This document shows, piece by piece, positions 28,589 to 64,000 of a stretch of DNA of 64,000 bases. The position numbers were made by a program, and so were the translations under genes. Positions within the stretch are counted from its first letter, which is position 1, and each line of letters starts with the position of its first letter. The stretch comes from Octopus vulgaris. Its lineage: Eukaryota. The stretch spans positions 78,306,001 to 78,370,000 of the forward strand of contig OX597818.1 in NCBI GenBank assembly GCA_951406725.2, read 5' to 3'. The notes below the pieces were generated by a model, which did not search any database, was not told the DNA's origin, and saw nothing but the letters and a program-made list of their open reading frames with translations.

Positions 28589-28678
28589 TTACAGGATGCA
28601 AACAATCGACCTATTCAACCGGTTGTCCGGTGCTTCAACGACACAGCTTGCAGCGATTTTTAATCCGTATTAGAAAAA
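28589..28678 (+). pseudogene. SLC9C-like pseudo-exon (CNBD C-terminal helices)
   Basis: Perfect TACTAAC branch site then accag acceptor; MQTIDLF / PVLQRHSLQRFLIRI vs recalled IAIDTF..PSLEYRLWRVVAIRI. Confidence 0.4.
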
Positions 28679-28682
28679 GTAC

Positions 28683-28683
<1 letters not shown>

Positions 28684-28713
<30 letters not shown>

Positions 28714-29140
28714 TGTATGTATGTATGTATGTATGTATGTATGTATGTATGTATGTATGTATGCATGCATGCATGTATGTATGTATGTATGTATGTATGC
28801 ATGTATGTATGTATGTATGTATGTATGTATGTATGTATGTATGTATGTGTGTATGTATGCATGTATGTATGTATGTATGTATGTATGTATGTATGTATGT
28901 ATGCATGTATGTATGTATGTATGTATGTATGTATGTATGTGTGTATGTATGCATGTATGTATGTATGCATGTATGTATGTATGTATGTATGTGTGTATGT
29001 ATGTATGTATGTATGTATGTATGTATGTATGTATGTATGCATGTATGTATGCATGTATGTATGTATGTATGCATGCATGCATGTATGTATGTATGTATGT
29101 ATGTATGCATGCATGTCTGTATGCATATATGTATGTATGA
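28684..29140. repeat. (TATG)n tetranucleotide array with CATG variants
   Basis: Direct reading. Confidence 0.95.
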
Positions 29141-29381
29141 ATATATACATGTATGGATGCATGTATATATGTATGTTTGTAGGTATGCATATATACGTAT
29201 ATCATATATGCACAGACATTCTTTTATACTTTTATCTTTTTACTTGTCTCAGTCATTTGACTGGTGGGAGCGCACACACACATACAAATATATATATATT
29301 ATATATATGCATATATATATATATATAATATGATTTAAACACTCCAAATACTATACAAATATACACACATATAAATATAAG

Positions 29382-29434
<53 letters not shown>

Positions 29435-29596
29435 ATATATACACATATACATATATACATATATAATTAAGGCATTTTAGATGAGTTTAAATATATATAT
29501 ATATATATATGCATGTGTATGTATATATATATATGTGTGTGTATGTATGTATATATGTATATATGTATATATGTATGTATGTATGTATATATGTAT

Positions 29597-29717
<121 letters not shown>

Positions 29718-31217
29718 AAACCTTCAATTGATGTTGTTTGGATAAGTGGATTCTAGTATGAATATGATCTTTTATTTTTGTTTTTCTAATTATCTGAGAG
29801 GAAGCTTTGCAATAATAGTAAATTCATTATTCCTGATTATTTTAAGACCTGCAGGCAGGAAAATGACCTCCTAACCGGAACCGCTTCTTAAAATATTAAG
29901 ACCGGGATGGAAAATATCTTAAGTTCTTCACCCTATTAAAAAAAAAACACACATACGAAAAAAGAAAAAAAAATTCCAACAAAATTATAGGAGTTTACTT
30001 TTCTCCTAAAATAACTAGAATAATTTTCAGAAATTAATGATCTCAGAAACTCAGAAAAACAGAGAAAAAAACAGGCGTGGTTATTTGTTAAGAAGCTTGC
30101 TTCCCTTGTACATGTAGTTGGATTTAGACCTATTGCATGACACCTTGGACAAGTGATTCTTCTATAGCTCGAAGCGATCAAAGTCTTGCGAGTGGATTTA
30201 CTAAACAAAAAATAAAAGAAGCCCGTTGTGGTTATGTAGAAAGAAATTTGCTTCCCAACCACATGGTCTCGAGTTCAGTTCCAATGCGTAGCAAACTTGA
30301 GTAAGTGTTTTCTACTATTGTCTCGAGGCGACCAAGGTAATAAGGAATTTGGTAGACGGTTGTCATAAACAACCTGTCATATATATATATATATTTAGTC
30401 GTTGTGTTTATGTCTGCTCCCCGCTACCGTTTGACAACCGGTGTTAGTGTGTTGCCATCCCTATAACTTAGTTGCTCGGGAAAAGAGTCCCACAGAATAA
30501 AATCAGACTTAAGTACGACTGAGATTCAACTAATGACTAAAACAAGTAAAAAAAAAATCTATGTATCTATGAGTATGTATGTTGTATTTGTCTTTCACCA
30601 CCAATTGACAATCGGTTTGTTTATGTCCTGTAACTTAGTAGTTCGGCAAAGTGAAGGATAGAATAAGGATAAAAGGTAAAGTTAATCTCGGTGCTATTTA
30701 AACTCAGAACGTAAAGAGCCGAAAGAAATACCAACAAGCGTTTGTTCAACGCATTAACTATTCTACCAGCTCATCACGTTTAATAATAATGCTTTCTGTT
30801 ATAGGCACAAGGCCTGAAATATTTTGGTGAAGGAATTAGTCGATTTCATCGATACCGGTGTTCAGCCGATATTTATTTTATCGATTTCGAAAGGATGAAA
30901 GGAAACTGAACTCAGAACGTGAAGAACCAGAATAAATGCCGCTAAACATTTTGTTCGACGCCCTAATTATTCTGCCAGCTCATCGCCCCACTCCTCTTAC
31001 AAATACTTTTTTTACTTTAGGCACGTGGCCTGAAATTTTGCGGGAGGGGTCTTCTCTATTCCTTCAACCTGACTGCCACTTTATTTTATCAGCCCGAAAG
31101 GATGAAGGTCAAAGTCGACCTCGGCGGTATTTGAACTCAGAACGCAAGGCGGTGCTCCAGCATAGCCGCAGTCGAAAGACTGAAACAAGTAAAAGAAATA
31201 AAAGAATAAATACGTAA

Positions 31218-31702
31218 GAAATACCTATTTCTTTACTACCCACAAGGGGCTAAACACAGAGAGGACAAACAAGGACAGACAAACGGATTAAGTCGATTAT
31301 ATCGACCCCAGTGCGTAACTAGTACGAAAGGATGAAAGGCAAGGTCGACCTCGGCGGAATTTGAACTCAGAACGTAGCGGCAGGCGAAATACCTATTTCT
31401 TTACTACCCACAAGGGGCTAAACACAGAGAGGACAAACAAAGACAGATACACGGATTAAGAACGTAGCGGCAGACGAAATACCTATTTCTTTATTACCCA
31501 CAAGGGGCTAAACATAGAGGGGACAAATAAGGAAAGACATAGGTATTAAGTCGATTACATCGACTCCAGTGCGTAACTGGTACTTAATTTATCGACCCCG
31601 AAAGGATGAAAGGTAAAGTCGACTTCGGTTGAATTTGAACTCACAACGTAACGACAGACGAAATACCGTTAAGCATTTCGACCGGCGTGCTAACGATTCT
31701 GT
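31218..31702 (-). mobile_element. Head-to-tail concatemer of Deu/Nin-domain tRNA SINE
   Basis: Repeated units with gtcgactttgcctttcatcctttcggggtcgat core joined at aaagaaata|ggtatttc. Confidence 0.85.
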
Positions 31703-31792
31703 CTGAGAATTACTTTAGGAGACGTGTCTGTAGAATACTCAGTCATTTACACGTAAATTTAATAAGCTGGTAATTCAGTTAATCGAATAACT

Positions 31793-34535
31793 TGTAACGA
31801 ACTTAGTGTGTGTGAATATCTTCTCTTGTACTTTCGGGGTACAAGAAAGCAATCACTAGCGGTTGCTTTAATAATCCAGATTCTCTACCAGTCAGAAACA
31901 ACAAGACGCAAACGTAATATATATATAACTACTTTATTCTCTTATGGTGAGTGATCAGTGGTATATCTGATGTCCTTGGTTCTGGGCGCGCAAGGCTGAA
32001 AGTTAATCGATTGTAATATTTACAATGTTTAGCCGCTAAAACTGAACGGGTTAAAGATGGCGTCCGGAACAGGGAAGATGAATGTGGTCGGCAACAATTT
32101 GGTGAAAACCTTCGGCCGACTGCTATCAGAGCTGGACAGCTAGAAAATATACGTCCGTCGCCTTCGTCGCTGCCGTCCCAAGTCCCCGCTGACTGCTGCT
32201 AGTGGTCAAACGTTCTACGACCCCCTTGCCTCGCTAACTACCACGTAGGCAAAAGGGTCGTGCTTCCGGTGGTTCGCGCATGCGCGAGAGGGCCCTTCCT
32301 TTCTGTGCCTTGGTGAAAGCACCAACACTCGCACGCGCGAAAATAGAAAATGGACGGTGCGCGCGCGCGCACGTTATAGGATCACTACAAGGCTCCCCTC
32401 CAGTGCGTACGCACGAAAGGAAACTTATTGTAGTGACTGCAAAACTCAAGGTGGACACCAGATAACCAAACAGCACACAATATAATAAAATGGCAAAATT
32501 TATAACATACACAAGAAATTTACTAAAGGAAAAAGAGAAAAAATACTCAATGAGCAAAAATCAAGAGTGCATGCATGAAAGTGTATACGTCACAAAGTAT
32601 AAACCCTTCCGCTGAAAGGAGCGGAGGGAAAGCAAAACTCACAGTCAATGAACCTAGGCGAAATTAAATCCAACTCCTCTAAAGGTGGTTGATCCTGCAA
32701 AATAGCAGTTAAATCAATTGCTGCAGGAGAGGAAATGGAATTGACAGAAGCTCGCTAGTAACACAAAAGGCAAAAGTGCAAACATGCTGGTGTGATGCGC
32801 GACACAGATAATTTTCTGTTAATTACGTGACCAACAGTGGTCTAACAGGGAAAAATAATTACGCCTAAACATGGCGCAGCGCATGTGAACATCCGACGTC
32901 CTATGAGTCGGGAAAAAAACTAAGCTACTGCAAACGTGTTGCAAAAACAAGGCAATACACGTGCGAAGCAAAAGGCGCATGAAATGCAATAGAGCTTGCC
33001 AGACCGAAAAACAGCAATGAATATGCCAGTGGTTGAGCGATTATATGCCTCGTTCGCACAGGAACAAAAGTATGGCATGCCGGCGCGTTATAATGGACAA
33101 ACAACCCTCTCTATGTATACGTGACCCCTAGGGTCTATAGAAATGAGGTGTGTCCACAAAAGGCAAATTTAGCATGGAACAAACAAGCGAGAAAAGCATG
33201 TGTGACGTATGTATGTGAGAGAGATAGCATTTATGTGTGTGTACGTGTGTGCGACAAAAATACATACAAGGTGAAATGCGAGCAAAATAATAAATACAGC
33301 GCATAGAAAAAAAAATGTCTCTCAAGGCTATTCCAGACAAGAGTTAATTTACCAGTCTATAATAGCCTGATGCACAATAGCAGTTCGTTCTGTAACAGAA
33401 ATGTTGAAATCACAAAATGCAGATGCCGGTTGAACACAATGTGTAGCGGTTGTAGCTTCGATGCTGTGACATGTTAACTGGAACAGAAGAATCTCGTAGA
33501 TAGACGGTGCTGTTTTTCCTTGGTGTGCATATGCACATACAGCGTGCACGCTAAAGTTCCGCGAGTTGCTATGTACATCTTGTGGAGGTCGACGGTGTTG
33601 AAAGGCGACGGTGGTGGTGGAAGGCCACTGTAGTGGACTTGAGACAACATTGTTCTTAGTGATGATGGCGACGAAGATAACGACGACGTGAAGTAGAAAG
33701 ACGACGATGGCGATGACGAAGGTGGAGAAAAGGCATCGTTGATATGATGGCGTCCGTCATCATGGCTGTAGAATAAGAAAGAGGCTCCTTCTACAACTGT
33801 TTGTGGTGGCCGGAAACAAATCGTCGAAAGATGAATGCGTAGAGTTAAATCGTGTTCCGACTTCGCAGAAAAACTGGATTTCTTTGTTGATAAGTGATCT
33901 CTGGTTTTAGACCAGAATCACGTCGGGGGGTCACCACTGTAACGAACTTCGTGAGTGTGAATATCTTCTCTTGTACTTTCGGGGTACAAGAAAGCAATCA
34001 CTAGCCGTTGCTTTAATAATCCAGATTCTCTACCAGTCAGAAACAACAAGACGCAAACGTAATATATATATAACTACTTTATTCTCTTATGGTGAGTGAT
34101 CAGTGGTATATCTGATGTCCTTGGTTCTGGGCGCGCAAGGCTGAAAGTTAATCGATTGTAATATTTACAATGTTTAGCCGCTAAAACTGAACGGGTTAAA
34201 GATGGCGTCCGGAACAGGGAAGATGAATGTGGTCGGCAACAATTTGGTGAAAACCTTCGGCCGACTGCTATCAGAGCTGGACAGCTAGAAAATATACGTC
34301 CGTCGCCTTCGTCGCTGCCGTCCCAAGTCCCCGCTGACTGCTGCTAGTGGTCAAACGTTCTACGACCCCCTTGCCTCGCTAACTACCACGTAGGCAAAAG
34401 GGTCGTGCTTCCGGTGGTTCGCGCATGCGCGAGAGGGCCCTTCCTTTCTGTGCCTTGGTGAAGGCACCAACACTCGCACGCGCGAAAATAGAAAATGGAC
34501 GGTGCGCGCGCGCGCACCGTTATAGGATCACTACA
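31793..34535 (-). mobile_element. Non-autonomous Gypsy-type LTR retrotransposon
   Basis: LTRs 31793-32389 and 33938-34535 (TG…CA; 4 substitutions and 1 indel seen), 4-bp TSD AACT, PBS TGGTGACC(CC)CCGACGTGATT next to the right LTR, PPT GGAGGGGAG next to the left LTR; no intact ORF. Confidence 0.92.
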
Positions 34536-34796
34536 AACTTAAGCCTCATCGTCGAAACTAACGAGTAACCATCTTTGTGCGTATGTGTATTTCTATGAGT
34601 TATATGAGTGTATGTGTATGAGTTCATGTGTGTGTTTGTGAGAGTGAAAGAGAGAGAGAAAGAGTGTGTGCGTGTGCGCGCGCGTGTGTGTTTGTTGTCA
34701 AATGACATTAAATTCCAAAATATCTAACCACTCTAACTCACCAATGTCTCTGCTCTTGCTTATTAAAATAATTATATTTCAAAATTTTCTTTGAAG

Positions 34797-63972
<29,176 letters not shown>

Positions 63973-64000
63973 GTGAGTTATATATAAAAATAAAAATAAT

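Noticed and set aside
28630-29333. ORFs up to 232 aa (MYVC repeats)
   Set aside because: (TATG)n array artefact.
31218-31702. Regularly spaced repeats resembling a CRISPR array
   Set aside because: Units are SINE monomers with no unique spacers; no cas genes; eukaryotic context.

Overview
AT-rich, microsatellite- and transposon-saturated eukaryotic DNA. The SINE families and repeat landscape point to a coleoid cephalopod, probably Octopus; this is an inference. Nearly all ORFs in the supplied track are repeat artefacts. (1) A spliced + strand gene for a PLP-dependent ACC-synthase-like aminotransferase (ACCS family) was reconstructed by hand: 11 phase-compatible GT-AG exons from 34797 to 63972, continuing past the window, with a candidate start exon at 21422-21571. 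(2) About ten colinear, stop- and frameshift-riddled exon relics between 47 and 28678 resemble, in order, the transporter, voltage-sensor and cyclic-nucleotide-binding regions of the sperm Na+/H+ exchanger SLC9C1, i.e. an intron-containing pseudogene. (3) Penelope-like inverted-repeat insertions (16924-17376, 50381-51089) carry a tRNA-like Pol III cassette, an (AAT)n tract and a minimal hammerhead ribozyme on opposed arms; several unrelated hammerhead motifs lie elsewhere. (4) A young non-autonomous Gypsy-type LTR element (31793-34535) has a tRNA-Trp PBS. (5) There are head-to-tail SINE concatemers with a fixed junction, plus mariner, Tc1, Chapaev3, hATm, piggyBac/Tigger MITE, Helitron/Helentron, R4/Dong, RTE and CR1 remnants. 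All protein-family comparisons were made by eye from recalled motifs; no database search was run.
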